A DNA stretch of 59,835 nucleotides from Bacteroidota bacterium (GCA_947447995.1 CANFLQ010000006.1:1-59835); one strand, 5' to 3'. Positions 1-9,956 are shown, numbered from the stretch's first letter. Notes: generated by a model from the letters alone, not told the origin. A program made the numbers and translations.

Positions 1-2
1 TA

Positions 3-116
3 ACTGCTTGCAGTACATTAAATTTAGGCATTGCAGCTGCAATATGTGAAAGAAAAGGCTTGGATAGCAAAAAATTGTTAATGATACATCAAGATGCATT
101 ACGATATAAAAAATGA
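3..116 (+). CDS. 3' end of an unidentified gene (partial, truncated by window start)
   Basis: Frame open from window start (TACSTLNLGIAAAICERKG...ALRYKK*); stop TGA 114-116 overlaps next ATG 113-115 (ATGA coupling). Confidence 0.5.
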   Translation, partial: TACSTLNLGIAAAICERKGLDSKKLLMIHQDALRYKK

Positions 117-638
117 GTAAAAAAATCATCATACCTGAAGAAAGAATTATAAACAGAATAGTTGTTTTAAGATCGGAGAAGGTAATGTTAGATGTTCATT
201 TGGCAGAACTTTATGGAGTAGAAAACAGATCATTAAAACAAGCTGTTAGAAATGGATTTATTTCCACCTGATTTTATGTTTAATTTAACCGCCGAAGAAA
301 TTGAATTGGTGGTATCACAAAATGTGATACCTTCTAAACAACACTTAGGAGGAGCTATTCCATTCGCTTTTACAGAAACCGGAATAGCAATGTTATCAAG
401 CGTGTTAAAAAGTAAAAGAGCAAAAGAAATGAATATCGCTATTATGCGGACTTTTGTAGCACTTAGAAAGATGGCTATAAACTATTCTGAAATAACAAGT
501 GCATTAGATGATATTAGAAAAAAAGTATCTGGTCATGACGAACAAATAAATTTGATTTTTGAGTATCTGAAACAATTCGAACAAACAAAACAAAATGAAG
601 TGTTTCAAAAAGATAGAATAAAAATAGGTTACAAATAA
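113..638 (+). pseudogene. ORF6N (KilA-N-like) DNA-binding domain protein, frameshifted
   Basis: 113-271 encodes MSKKIIIPEERIINRIVVLRSEKVMLDVHLAELYGVENRSLKQAVRN; the family continuation (MDLFPPDFMFNLT...PFAFTETGIAMLSSVLKS...IGY) is in another frame, 252-638. Shift near 250. Confidence 0.75.
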
Positions 639-703
639 ATCCAATCAAGCGTAGCAATAGCAGCACTAAGCATAGTGAGAATAAAAATTAAGATTTCGAA
701 ACA

Positions 704-1054
704 ATGGCAATTAAAATAACAGAAGAATGTATCAACTGCGGAGCTTGTGAACCGGAATGTCCGAACAATGCTATTTATGAAGGCGGTAACGAATGGCGCT
801 TTGCCGATGGAACAAGCATTAAAGGAATGTTCACATCAAAAAGTGGTTTAGCTACCGAAGCGGATGCTCCTCAAACTGCTGTATCTATGGACTTATACTA
901 CATTGTATCGGATAAATGTACGGAGTGTGTTGGTTTTCACGATGAACCTCAGTGCGCTGCCGTTTGTCCGGTTGATTGCTGTGTAGACGATGAAAATTGG
1001 AGAGAAAGCAAAGAAGAATTATTAGCTAAAAAAAGCACATTACACATAGAATAA
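704..1054 (+). CDS. 2x[4Fe-4S] ferredoxin (YfhL-like)
   Basis: [12 protein letters not shown] and [22 protein letters not shown] motifs. Confidence 0.95.
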   Translation: MAIKITEECINCGACEPECPNNAIYEGGNEWRFADGTSIKGMFTSKSGLATEADAPQTAVSMDLYYIVSDKCTECVGFHDEPQCAAVCPVDCCVDDENWRESKEELLAKKSTLHIE

Positions 1055-1058
1055 ACCA

Positions 1059-1098
1059 TCTCACCCCAGCCTCTCTCCACTTGGAGAGGGGAGTGAGA
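1059..1098. repeat. REP-like palindrome, CTCTCC..GGAGAGG family, copy 1
   Basis: tctcaccccagcctctctcca-ct-tggagaggggagtgaga hairpin between ferredoxin and reductase. Confidence 0.75.
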
Positions 1099-1125
1099 AA
1101 AACATAACAATTAAGATTTAAAACC

Positions 1126-3231
1126 ATGCAAAGTTTCAGAACAGAACTCGAAAATCCGATTGTAGAAAAAGACATTATACAACTGGAAAAATCAATCCGC
1201 CTTTTTAGAGATGGGACCTTGGATTCAGAAAAATTCAGAAGCTTGCGTTTGGCAAGAGGTGTTTATGGACAACGTCAGCCAGGCGTACAAATGATCCGTA
1301 TCAAATTACCGTATGGAAAAATGTCGGTAAAACAGATGTTAAAAATTTCTGATGTTTCGGACGAATATGCAATTAAGAATTTACACTTAACTACCCGTCA
1401 GGATATCCAAATTCACTACGTAAGTTTAGAACGTACTCCTGAACTGTGGTCTGAGCTTGAAAAAGACAGCATCACCTTGCGTGAGGCTTGCGGCAATACA
1501 GTAAGAAATGTTACAGCATCTTACAACGCAGGAATCGACCCGAAAGAAGCGTTTGATGTTTGTCCGTATGCACATGCTGTGTTTGAATATTTTTTACGTA
1601 ACCCTATCTGTCAGGATATGGGACGTAAAATTAAAATTGCATTTTCTTCCAGTGAAACAGATACTGCACTTACGTTTATGCACGATTTTGGTTTTATTCC
1701 TCAAATTAAAACAGAGAATGGTGTGGAGGTACGCGGCTTTAAAACGCTTGTTGGTGGTGGATTAGGCAGTCAACCGATATTAGCCAAAGTAGCGTATGAA
1801 TTTTTACACGAAGATTTAATTATACCATTTATTGAAGCGTCGTTACGCGTATTCGACCGTCATGGCGAGCGTAACACACGTAGTAAAGCGCGTATGAAAT
1901 TTTTGATCAATAAAATTGGTTACGATGCTTTTATGGAATTGGTAGAAAAAGAAAAAACAGCCAATAAAGTAAAAACATATAAAATTGATTACAAAAACTA
2001 CAAACAAACTGAACCACCAACAAATGTTATAACTACACCGGTTGAAATAAAAGATAAAGCAGCTTATGACCTTTGGTTTGAGACCAGCGTATTTGAGCAA
2101 AAACAAAAAGGCTATTATGCCGTTTGTTTAAAAATTATTAATGGTGACCTTAAAACAGACAGAGCACGCAAACTTGCCGAAATAGTTAAGAAATACGCTG
2201 CCGACGATATCCGTGTAACGATCAACCAAGGCATGATGTTAAAATTTGTACCTACAGCGGCCTTGCCTAATATTTATGTAGAATTAGCGGAAATTGGTTT
2301 AGCGGAACCCGGTTTCGACAGAACATTTGACATTACCTCTTGTCCGGGTACCGACACCTGTAACCTTGGTATATCCAGCAGTACGGGAGCTACCGAAGCA
2401 CTTGAAAAAGTGATACGTAATGAGTATCCCGAAATGATACGTAACAACGATATAAAAATAAAATTAAGTGGTTGTATGAATGCCTGTGGGCAGCATTCAA
2501 TTGCCAACATTGGTTTCCATGGCAGTTCATTAAAAGTGGGTGCACTAACTGTACCGGCATTGCAAGTATTGATAGGTGGCGGTAACAGTGGCAACGGCGC
2601 AGGTCGTATGGCCGATAAAGTTATAAAAGTACCTAGTAAACGTGGTACAGATGCACTCCGAGTTATCTTAACTGATTATGAAAACAATGGTTTAGATGGA
2701 GAATATTTTAATAGTTATTACGACCGTGTTCAAGGAAAAGATCACTTCTACAATTTGTTAAAACCGTTAAAAGATTTAACCAACCTTACTCCTGATGAGT
2801 ACATTGATTGGGGACATTCGGAACAATTTGAAACAGCTATTGGTGTTGGAGAATGTGCCGGTGTAATGATAGACTTAGTTGCTACATTATTATTTGAAGC
2901 AGAAGAAAAATTAGAATGGGCCAAAGAAACCCTCGCTGCTGAAAAATTTGCAGATAGTATTTATCATACTTACAGTTTTTTTGTAAGTACAGCAAAAGCA
3001 TTATTGATTGATAAAGAAGTAATGTGCAATACACAAATCGGTATCATCAATGATTTTGATAAACATTATGTTTCAAAAGGGTTATTCACATTTGCACCCG
3101 ATTTTAAAACATTTATTTTAAGAATCAACGAGAATGAACCTACAAAACAATTTGCTGAAGCGTATTTGAATGATGCAATACAGTTTGTTCAAGCAGCAAA
3201 ACAATACAGAGAAAAATTACTACTAAAATAA
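1126..3231 (+). CDS. Ferredoxin-dependent sulfite/nitrite reductase hemoprotein with C-terminal HEPN-like helical domain
   Basis: LTTRQDIQ, ACGNTVRN, siroheme/Fe-S ligands SCPGTDTC and SGCMNACGQH; about 120-aa helical tail typical of Bacteroidota homologues. Confidence 0.9.
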   Translation: MQSFRTELENPIVEKDIIQLEKSIRLFRDGTLDSEKFRSLRLARGVYGQRQPGVQMIRIKLPYGKMSVKQMLKISDVSDEYAIKNLHLTTRQDIQIHYVSLERTPELWSELEKDSITLREACGNTVRNVTASYNAGIDPKEAFDVCPYAHAVFEYFLRNPICQDMGRKIKIAFSSSETDTALTFMHDFGFIPQIKTENGVEVRGFKTLVGGGLGSQPILAKVAYEFLHEDLIIPFIEASLRVFDRHGERNTRSKARMKFLINKIGYDAFMELVEKEKTANKVKTYKIDYKNYKQTEPPTNVITTPVEIKDKAAYDLWFETSVFEQKQKGYYAVCLKIINGDLKTDRARKLAEIVKKYAADDIRVTINQGMMLKFVPTAALPNIYVELAEIGLAEPGFDRTFDITSCPGTDTCNLGISSSTGATEALEKVIRNEYPEMIRNNDIKIKLSGCMNACGQHSIANIGFHGSSLKVGALTVPALQVLIGGGNSGNGAGRMADKVIKVPSKRGTDALRVILTDYENNGLDGEYFNSYYDRVQGKDHFYNLLKPLKDLTNLTPDEYIDWGHSEQFETAIGVGECAGVMIDLVATLLFEAEEKLEWAKETLAAEKFADSIYHTYSFFVSTAKALLIDKEVMCNTQIGIINDFDKHYVSKGLFTFAPDFKTFILRINENEPTKQFAEAYLNDAIQFVQAAKQYREKLLLK

Positions 3232-3244
3232 AAAAACAAACCAC

Positions 3245-3294
3245 AATAAAAAATAGACAATAGACAATTAATGTCCTTTGTCTATTTTTTTATT
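3245..3294 (+). terminator. Probable intrinsic terminator
   Basis: aaaaaatagacaa...ttgtctatttttt inverted repeat with T-run just after the reductase stop. Confidence 0.55.
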
Positions 3295-3325
3295 ACGCTA
3301 ATAAAATATTACTTTTAGTACGCAA

Positions 3326-3669
3326 CTATTAGCGTCCAAAATAAGCTAAAACAATGCTTAACTCCCTTCAAACATGCGTTTTAGTTGTTTAAACAAAAGC
3401 TCTATACGCCAACGCTTACGGTACAATAAGCTTATTTCTGAAGCCTCGAGATGAAAACAATTACTCAATAAAACAATTATATCTTGGTGCTTATCGCTCC
3501 ATACTACCGTTCGTCTCAATATAAACTTTTGAACTTCTCCACCACTATTTTTATACTTTTTTATAACCTCTTCATTTTTCAGTATTTCAAAATCTTTATC
3601 ATCGGGTAAATCACTTTCTGTAAGTATTATACTTATTTTACGTTCATTGGAAGCTCGTCCAATAAACAT
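3326..3669 (-). mobile_element. IS4-family transposase remnant (C-terminal DDE fragment)
   Basis: ORF 3358-3669 carries YRKRWRIELLFKQLK (YREK signature) preceded by LRRTVVWSDK...LLSN; no N-terminus; ctattagcgtccaaaa (3326-3341) may be a degenerate terminal IR. Confidence 0.8.
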
Positions 3670-3728
3670 ATTTGAACATGTGCTTTAATTCCTCCTTTAG
3701 ATTATGAAGGAATAATCGATTAAATGCA

Positions 3729-3765
3729 ACTTTAAACTTTCTAACTTCGAACTTAAAACTAAATT
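3729..3765. repeat. Degenerate heptamer tandem repeat (AACTTTA-like)
   Basis: actttaa-actttctaacttcga-acttaaa-actaaatt; same family as 42229-42334. Confidence 0.55.
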
Positions 3766-3832
3766 AAAATGAAACTCTTGCAAAAAGAAAACAATAAAAT
3801 TTCAACTTAATTGAAAAATTTACGGTAGGGAA
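3762..3832 (+). repeat. Direct-repeat copy of the argH 5' end (matches about 4199-4272)
   Basis: atgaaactcttgcaaaaagaaaacaataaaatttc-aacttaattgaaaaatttacggtagggaa vs atgaaactctggcaaaaagaaaacaataaaacttccaacttaattgaaaaatttacggtagggaa. Confidence 0.9.
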
Positions 3833-3848
3833 GGGTTTAATTTTTTAT

Positions 3849-3856
3849 TAACTTTG
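3849..3856 (+). promoter_or_regulatory. Bacteroidota sigma70 -7 element
   Basis: TAACTTTG matches TAnnTTTG, 4 nt before ATG 3861. Confidence 0.55.
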
Positions 3857-3860
3857 CATT

Positions 3861-4064
3861 ATGACAAATACAGCACTGAAAATAGAAATAAATACGCTGC
3901 CCAAAAATTTGCGACAAGAAGTTGCAGACTTTGTCCCATTTTTGAAAAGTAAATCCAAAGTGAATACTCAACTGAAAGAACGTGAATTTGGTTACTTTAG
4001 GGATAAAATAAAATTCGCTACCAATTTTGACGGGCCTTTAAATGAATTCAAGAATTATATGTAA
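3861..4064 (+). CDS. DUF2281-type antitoxin (VapB-like)
   Basis: LPKNLRQEVADFV..LKSK, REFG, NFDGPLNEFKNYM C-terminal motif; stop overlaps toxin remnant ATG (TAATG). Confidence 0.8.
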   Translation: MTNTALKIEINTLPKNLRQEVADFVPFLKSKSKVNTQLKEREFGYFRDKIKFATNFDGPLNEFKNYM

Positions 4065-4182
4065 TGGCTTTTCTACTTACACTCGAACACCTTCTTTCTC
4101 TTTCAAAATTTCAGAAAATTTGACAATAATAACTCGCAACAAAATTTTTAAGAAATATAAAGTTAAACAACAATGGTCATAA
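4064..4182 (+). pseudogene. PIN/VapC toxin remnant with large internal deletion
   Basis: Start MAFLL(D)SNTFF resembles PIN LLDTHTFLW; another frame ends ISENLTIITRNKIFKKYKVKQQWS*, a typical PIN C-terminus; only 119 nt remain. Confidence 0.7.
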
Positions 4183-4206
4183 AGATCGGAAAACCTTGAA
4201 TTAAAA

Positions 4207-5508
4207 ATGAAACTCTGGCAAAAAGAAAACAATAAAACTTCCAACTTAATTGAAAAATTTACGGTAGGGAAAGACAATGAATTAGATTTAGCTTTGGCTG
4301 AATTTGATGTTTTAGGTTCATTAGCACATACCGAAATGTTGGAGTCGATTGGTTTATTGACCAAAGAAGAGTTGACTGCTATTCATAAAGAATTAAAAAA
4401 CATCCTTACGGAGATTAAAGCCGGCAAATTTATTATTGAAGAAGGAGTAGAAGATATTCATTCTCAAATTGAATTGATGTTGACCAAACGCATTGGTGAA
4501 GCGGGAAAGAAAATACACAGCGGTCGTTCACGCAACGATCAGGTGTTGGTGGATATTAAATTGTATGTGCGTTATGAGTTGAAGGAAATTGTAAAATTGG
4601 TTTCCAACCTGTTCAATCAATTAATTGATTTAAGTGAAACTCATAAAGATAAATTATTGCCTGGTTATACGCATTTGCAAATAGCCATGCCATCGTCGTT
4701 TGGTTTGTGGTTTGGTGCTTATGCCGAAAGTTTGATGGACGATATGGAGTTGATTACTGCGGCATATAATGTTACCAATAAAAATCCATTAGGCTCTGGA
4801 GCAGGTTATGGCTCATCGTTTCCACTTAATCGCGAAATGACAACTAAATTATTGGAGTTCGAAACCATGAATTACAACGTGGTGTATGCTCAAATGACAC
4901 GCGGTAAAACCGAAAAAATTGCTGCAATGGCAATGGCTTCGGTTGCTGCAACGCTTTCTAAATTGGCGTACGACGTGTGTTTATATATGAACCAGAACTT
5001 TGCTTTTTTAACTTTTCCAGATAATTTAACTACTGGTAGCAGCATTATGCCACATAAAAAAAATCCAGATGTATTTGAATTGGTGCGTGGTAAATGCAAT
5101 GTTTTACAAGCATTGCCCAATACATTAACTTTACTTACTAACAATTTACCATCGGGTTATCACCGCGAAATGCAACTAACAAAAGAGTGTTTATTCCCTG
5201 CAATAGGTACTTTGAAGGACTGTTTAGAAATTACTTCTTTTATGTTGGAAAGTGTTCAGGTAAAATCGGACATCTTAAAAGATAAAAAATACGCATTAAT
5301 GTTTAGCGTAGAAGTAGTGAACGATCAGGTATTAAAAGGTGTTCCATTTCGCGAAGCATACAAAAGTGTTGGAAATGCGATAGAAAAAGGCAATTTTGAA
5401 GCTCCTGAAACAATTAACCATACGCATGAAGGCAGTATTGGTAATTTATGTAATCAGCATATAAGAGCGTTAATGGCCGAAAAGGTAAAGGTAATTTTAA
5501 ATTCTTAA
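4207..5508 (+). CDS. argH: Argininosuccinate lyase
   Basis: HSGRSRNDQ, PGYTHLQ, GSSIMPHKKNPD signature; MKLWQK start. Confidence 0.97.
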   Translation: MKLWQKENNKTSNLIEKFTVGKDNELDLALAEFDVLGSLAHTEMLESIGLLTKEELTAIHKELKNILTEIKAGKFIIEEGVEDIHSQIELMLTKRIGEAGKKIHSGRSRNDQVLVDIKLYVRYELKEIVKLVSNLFNQLIDLSETHKDKLLPGYTHLQIAMPSSFGLWFGAYAESLMDDMELITAAYNVTNKNPLGSGAGYGSSFPLNREMTTKLLEFETMNYNVVYAQMTRGKTEKIAAMAMASVAATLSKLAYDVCLYMNQNFAFLTFPDNLTTGSSIMPHKKNPDVFELVRGKCNVLQALPNTLTLLTNNLPSGYHREMQLTKECLFPAIGTLKDCLEITSFMLESVQVKSDILKDKKYALMFSVEVVNDQVLKGVPFREAYKSVGNAIEKGNFEAPETINHTHEGSIGNLCNQHIRALMAEKVKVILNS

Positions 5509-5522
5509 AACAAATGTTTGTT

Positions 5523-6278
5523 TTATCTATCCAGCCATTTTTTAAAATCAGTAACACGTTCCCTACTTACAATACAATCATCTTCTAGCAGTTCAGCTGT
5601 GTTTACCTTTAAACGATTGTTAAAGTAAGTACTTATTTTTTCAATGCTGTTGATGTGAATAATTACATTTCTATTGATTCTAAAAAAAAGATCAGGCATA
5701 ATTAAGCTTTCCAAATTATCTAACGTATAATCAACAGCATATCTTTTTCCGTTAGTTGTTGATAATAGTACAATTCTATCTTCACAAATAAAATGCATAA
5801 TGTCATCTGTTTTAATGGAAGCAATAGAGTCTCCCATTTTTACAATAAAACGATTTTTATATTGTTTCGTTGCCTGTTGGTAAACAGTGTTTAGGCTGTC
5901 GAGTATGTTTGTTTGATAGATGCTACTTAATTTGTTGTACTTAAGCAATGCACCTTTTAAATCATCTATTGTAATAGGTTTTAAAAGATAATCAACGCTG
6001 TTTAATGTAAATGCCCTTATTGCATATTCATTGTAAGCGGTAGTAAATATAACAGGCGCATCTATTTGGATTTTAGAAAAAATTTCAAAACTTAAACCAT
6101 CTGCTAAATGCACATCCACAAAAAACAAATCTGCTTTAATACCGCTTGATAGCACTTTTAAGCCTTTTTTTACAGAATCGATAATAGCAACAACTTCAAT
6201 AGAAGCATCAATTTTTTTTAATAAAAGCTCAAGATGTTCGGCAGATAGTTTTTCATCTTCAATGATTATTACCTTCAT
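5523..6278 (-). CDS. LytTR-family response regulator
   Basis: REC domain (IIEDE, FTTAY, DYLLKP) plus LytTR domain (FFRINR, VSRER). Confidence 0.95.
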   Translation of the reverse strand: MKVIIIEDEKLSAEHLELLLKKIDASIEVVAIIDSVKKGLKVLSSGIKADLFFVDVHLADGLSFEIFSKIQIDAPVIFTTAYNEYAIRAFTLNSVDYLLKPITIDDLKGALLKYNKLSSIYQTNILDSLNTVYQQATKQYKNRFIVKMGDSIASIKTDDIMHFICEDRIVLLSTTNGKRYAVDYTLDNLESLIMPDLFFRINRNVIIHINSIEKISTYFNNRLKVNTAELLEDDCIVSRERVTDFKKWLDR

Positions 6279-7294
6279 AGTGTATTTAATAAAGGGATTT
6301 TAACAATAAATGAATTGCTTGATTTAATAATTTCCATTTTTTTATTGGTGTAGTAGGCATATCTATCCTTAATATTTTGTAACCCTGTTTTTGAATGGGG
6401 TTCATTGTTGCTACGCAATTGAAGATTATTAGTAATAATTAACTCATTCGTATTTCCAGTAATCGAAATTTTTAACGGATAATCTTCCGATACTTCATTG
6501 TGTTTTATGGCGTTTTCCACCAACATTTGTAACGACATTGGTAAGATATAGTATGTTAACAGTTGGGGAGAAACATTAAAATCAAAAGCAATACTTTTAT
6601 CAAACCTAATTTGCAGCAAGTAAGTATACGATTTAATAAATGTTAACTCGTTATCTAATGTTACCAATTCATTGTTTCGATTATCCAATAAATATCTGTA
6701 CACTTTTGATAATTGGTTAATAAAATCAGCTGCTTTGCCCGCATCTTTATATACCAGCGAAGATAATATACTCATGTTGTTAAACAAAAAATGGGGATCA
6801 ATTTGATTTTTTAAATTTTGTAATTGAGCTTGAGCAGATTCGGTTTTGTATTTCTCAACCTCAATCAATGTGTTTTTCCAATTATAAAAAAATTGTGTAC
6901 TTATTTCAAATGTCATAATAATTATTGTGATTAATAAACCTATAATTAAGGAAGTAAACATTAATAAACCATCATTTTCGGTGGTTATTTGGCATACATA
7001 AATATGAAAACCCAACATGGGTAAATAAATAGCTAATACACTGTATGGCAGGCTGTACAATATGTGGATAAAAATACGCTTACATGGTTTTTCCACCCAA
7101 GGAAATTTTAAATTTATAAACGCATCAATTCTTAAATTACCTTCCCATACAAGTATGGTAATAATAATGGAAATGATAAAATCATATAGTTGTGAATGTG
7201 TATGCTTTTCAAACGGAACAATATAATTTAAAAGTAGGGAAACGCCTATCCCTACTAATAACATATATATAAATCTTTTCTTGTTATTTATCAT
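6275..7294 (-). CDS. LytS/YehU-type sensor histidine kinase
   Basis: N-terminal TM helices; LKNQIDPHFLFN, LVENAIKH, TGLQNI; ATGA overlap with regulator. Confidence 0.93.
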   Translation of the reverse strand: MINNKKRFIYMLLVGIGVSLLLNYIVPFEKHTHSQLYDFIISIIITILVWEGNLRIDAFINLKFPWVEKPCKRIFIHILYSLPYSVLAIYLPMLGFHIYVCQITTENDGLLMFTSLIIGLLITIIIMTFEISTQFFYNWKNTLIEVEKYKTESAQAQLQNLKNQIDPHFLFNNMSILSSLVYKDAGKAADFINQLSKVYRYLLDNRNNELVTLDNELTFIKSYTYLLQIRFDKSIAFDFNVSPQLLTYYILPMSLQMLVENAIKHNEVSEDYPLKISITGNTNELIITNNLQLRSNNEPHSKTGLQNIKDRYAYYTNKKMEIIKSSNSFIVKIPLLNTL

Positions 7295-7327
7295 TGTATC
7301 CTATAATGTATAAATAATTTTACCTAT

Positions 7328-9706
7328 TTAAAATTGTATTTTATAAATAAAATTAGGAAAAAAACCAATTTGATAAGCTGTGTTTATTTGATTTTTTACA
7401 GGGTTGTATCGTTGAGCAAACACATTTTTATTATTGGTTATGTTTTGTATATCAAAAGAGATTGATTGAGAGATTTTTCTTTTTTTACTATTGACTGTAA
7501 AAGATGTTTTAAGATCTAGTCTATAAAAATCAGGATTTCGTTCACTATAAGCATAGTCGTCTGATTTTGTTATTTGTTTTTGTGCTAACTGAGAAGCTGC
7601 TAAATCAATAGGCGTGTAATATCTACCCCCGGCTTGTGTCATTTTTACACCAAACGATAATACATTACGTTTTGCTTTGCCAACTTTAAATTCCTTGCCC
7701 ATTAAAATATTATAAACGTAATTTCCATTATATGCAGTGTTATGTTCTACACCATTACTACCCTTGTATTTAGATTGATAAAGCGTACCTGTTATTAAGG
7801 CGTAATAGCCTTTACTAAAAAATTTTTCTATTGTTATTTCTGCCCCATAATTGGTTCCTGTTCCGCCATTTACTAAGTTCCCTTGGGTATTCGGGCTAAA
7901 ACTTGAACCCGTATTTAACATAGAAAAGCTACTAGGAGCAATTGTTACAGGTATGTTTGATAAAAGTTGACAATAGATTTCTGTTTTTATTCTCCAATCT
8001 TTTATTGGCAAAATATCGTATCCTAAAACAAAGTGCTGACTTTTTGTAAAACCTAACTTTTTATTTGTTTGTTCATACGTACTGTCAGCCTTTAACGACC
8101 TATAAAAATACACATCCAACGGTTGCATTTGACTGTGCATGCCATACCCTGCGCTTAGTGCACTTTTTTCGGTAAGCTGATATTTTAATCCTACACGGGG
8201 TTCAATTGTAAATGAATTATTTAATGTTAATCCTTGACTGTGAATTCCTGTGTTTAAAGTTAACTTATCGTTAAAACGATATTTAAGTTGAGCGTATCCC
8301 TGAAGTAAGTTAGTGTAATCATTGTAATTCCAATACTGACTCCAAACATTGTTTGATTCTAAAATTTTTGCATTTAAGTTCAAATTAATTACCTCTTCAA
8401 TGGCGCCAATTTTTAAAAATAATTTAGAATTAGCTTTTAAATTGTATGAACTATTTATTGAATAATGGGATTGTGTGGCTGTATTTTCATGATCACGTTT
8501 TATAACTACTGGAATTATTTTTGAAACATCGTCTTCTAAAAAATGAGTGCCATTATACGTAACTCCAATTATGGTATTGATGTATGATTTTTCATTCACT
8601 TTAATAAAATGCTTTAATCCTCCTAGTGCTATATCACTTGTAAAATAGCTATCTTTCGTGGCGTCGGCAAACAAATCGGTTGAATCAATTTTGTTATGTA
8701 AAAATTCAATTTTACTTTTTGCAAATAAACCGAATAACGTAAATCGACCAATTTTTGTTGTTCCACCATTAATTTTAAATGATAAATCTTGATAAAATGG
8801 TGTTGCTGTGGTGCCAATGGGAATGCCTATTGCTTGAGCCACACCAGTGAATGAATAACGATAAGCAAACAAATATGACGAGCCTTTGTTTTTATTAATT
8901 GGTCCTTCCGTCATTGCCTCAAGCCCTGTTAATGCACCAAGTTGAAAGGTGTGCTCTGCTTTTTCGGAATTACCCGTTCTAAAGCCTAAATCAAAAACGC
9001 CTGCATTGGCATTGCCATATTCTGCTGGAAAAGCAGAAGTAAAAAAATCGGAATTTTTAATTACGTTTGTATTGATTGCACTTACAGGACCTCCCGTTGT
9101 TCCTATTGTAGCAAAATGATTGGGATTAGGAATGTTTAGTCCTTCAATTCTCCACAATACACCTGCTGGGGAGTTTCCTCTAATAACAATATCATTTCGT
9201 GAATCGTCAGGAGAACTCACGCCTGCAAAGTTTGCGGCCAATCGCGAAGGATCTGATCGTCCACCAGCATAACGATTCACTTCCTCCATAGAAAAAGAAC
9301 GGGCGCTAACGGTGGTCATTTCATTTTGGGTTTCATTTTTTTTACTTGCACTAATTTCTACTTCATTTAAGGTACTTACATTTTCTTCCATGCCTATATC
9401 CAATACAATTTCTTTACCAGCACTTACATCAATGTTGGGCATTACAATTTCTTTATATCCTATAAATGAAATTTTTAAATCATACCTGCCAGGATTTATT
9501 TCTAGAAGCTTAAACTTGCCATCTATATCTGATACCGCTCCTTTTAATGGATTTGAATTGATAATGGAAATATTAACACCAGGCAGTGTTGTTTGCGATT
9601 GTTTATCGATAATAGTGCCCCTAATAGTTTGCATGGGGCTTTGTGCCATTACTGTAATTGAAATAAAAAACAAGGCGAATAATGGGATAAATAGTGTTTT
9701 TTTCAT
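7328..9706 (-). CDS. TonB-dependent receptor with carboxypeptidase-regulatory-like N-terminal domain
   Basis: Signal peptide, IRGTIIDK...LPGVNI, plug (IVIRGNSP...IPNPNHF), beta-barrel ending YKIQF. Confidence 0.9.
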   Translation of the reverse strand: MKKTLFIPLFALFFISITVMAQSPMQTIRGTIIDKQSQTTLPGVNISIINSNPLKGAVSDIDGKFKLLEINPGRYDLKISFIGYKEIVMPNIDVSAGKEIVLDIGMEENVSTLNEVEISASKKNETQNEMTTVSARSFSMEEVNRYAGGRSDPSRLAANFAGVSSPDDSRNDIVIRGNSPAGVLWRIEGLNIPNPNHFATIGTTGGPVSAINTNVIKNSDFFTSAFPAEYGNANAGVFDLGFRTGNSEKAEHTFQLGALTGLEAMTEGPINKNKGSSYLFAYRYSFTGVAQAIGIPIGTTATPFYQDLSFKINGGTTKIGRFTLFGLFAKSKIEFLHNKIDSTDLFADATKDSYFTSDIALGGLKHFIKVNEKSYINTIIGVTYNGTHFLEDDVSKIIPVVIKRDHENTATQSHYSINSSYNLKANSKLFLKIGAIEEVINLNLNAKILESNNVWSQYWNYNDYTNLLQGYAQLKYRFNDKLTLNTGIHSQGLTLNNSFTIEPRVGLKYQLTEKSALSAGYGMHSQMQPLDVYFYRSLKADSTYEQTNKKLGFTKSQHFVLGYDILPIKDWRIKTEIYCQLLSNIPVTIAPSSFSMLNTGSSFSPNTQGNLVNGGTGTNYGAEITIEKFFSKGYYALITGTLYQSKYKGSNGVEHNTAYNGNYVYNILMGKEFKVGKAKRNVLSFGVKMTQAGGRYYTPIDLAASQLAQKQITKSDDYAYSERNPDFYRLDLKTSFTVNSKKRKISQSISFDIQNITNNKNVFAQRYNPVKNQINTAYQIGFFPNFIYKIQF

Positions 9707-9922
9707 ATCAAATTATAATTTATGATACAATATTAATTGTACGTTATAAAAATGAAAATATAAAAATGGCTGAGTTGTTGTTTTTAGATGTTAAACTGTA
9801 TTGAATTTTGTGGTTAATATTAATTTGCAGATAAATTAATGTATTTTGATTACCTATTTCCCCAATTGAAGAGCGATTTAATTGCAGCGCATTTAGGCAG
9901 TCCGTTTTGCTCCATTAAAATT

Positions 9923-9956
9923 AAAAAAACGATACGTAAAACGTGTAGTTTTTTTT
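9923..9956 (-). terminator. Possible terminator downstream of the UbiD-family gene
   Basis: aaaaaaacgatacgt-aaa-acgtgtagtttttttt imperfect hairpin with A/T tails. Confidence 0.4.

Noticed and set aside
240-271. Programmed frameshift in the ORF6N gene
   Set aside because: No slippery heptamer or stimulatory structure, and residues appear to be missing, which favours a deletion.
648-680. AGC-rich micro-repeat before the ferredoxin gene
   Set aside because: Too short and degenerate to distinguish from chance.
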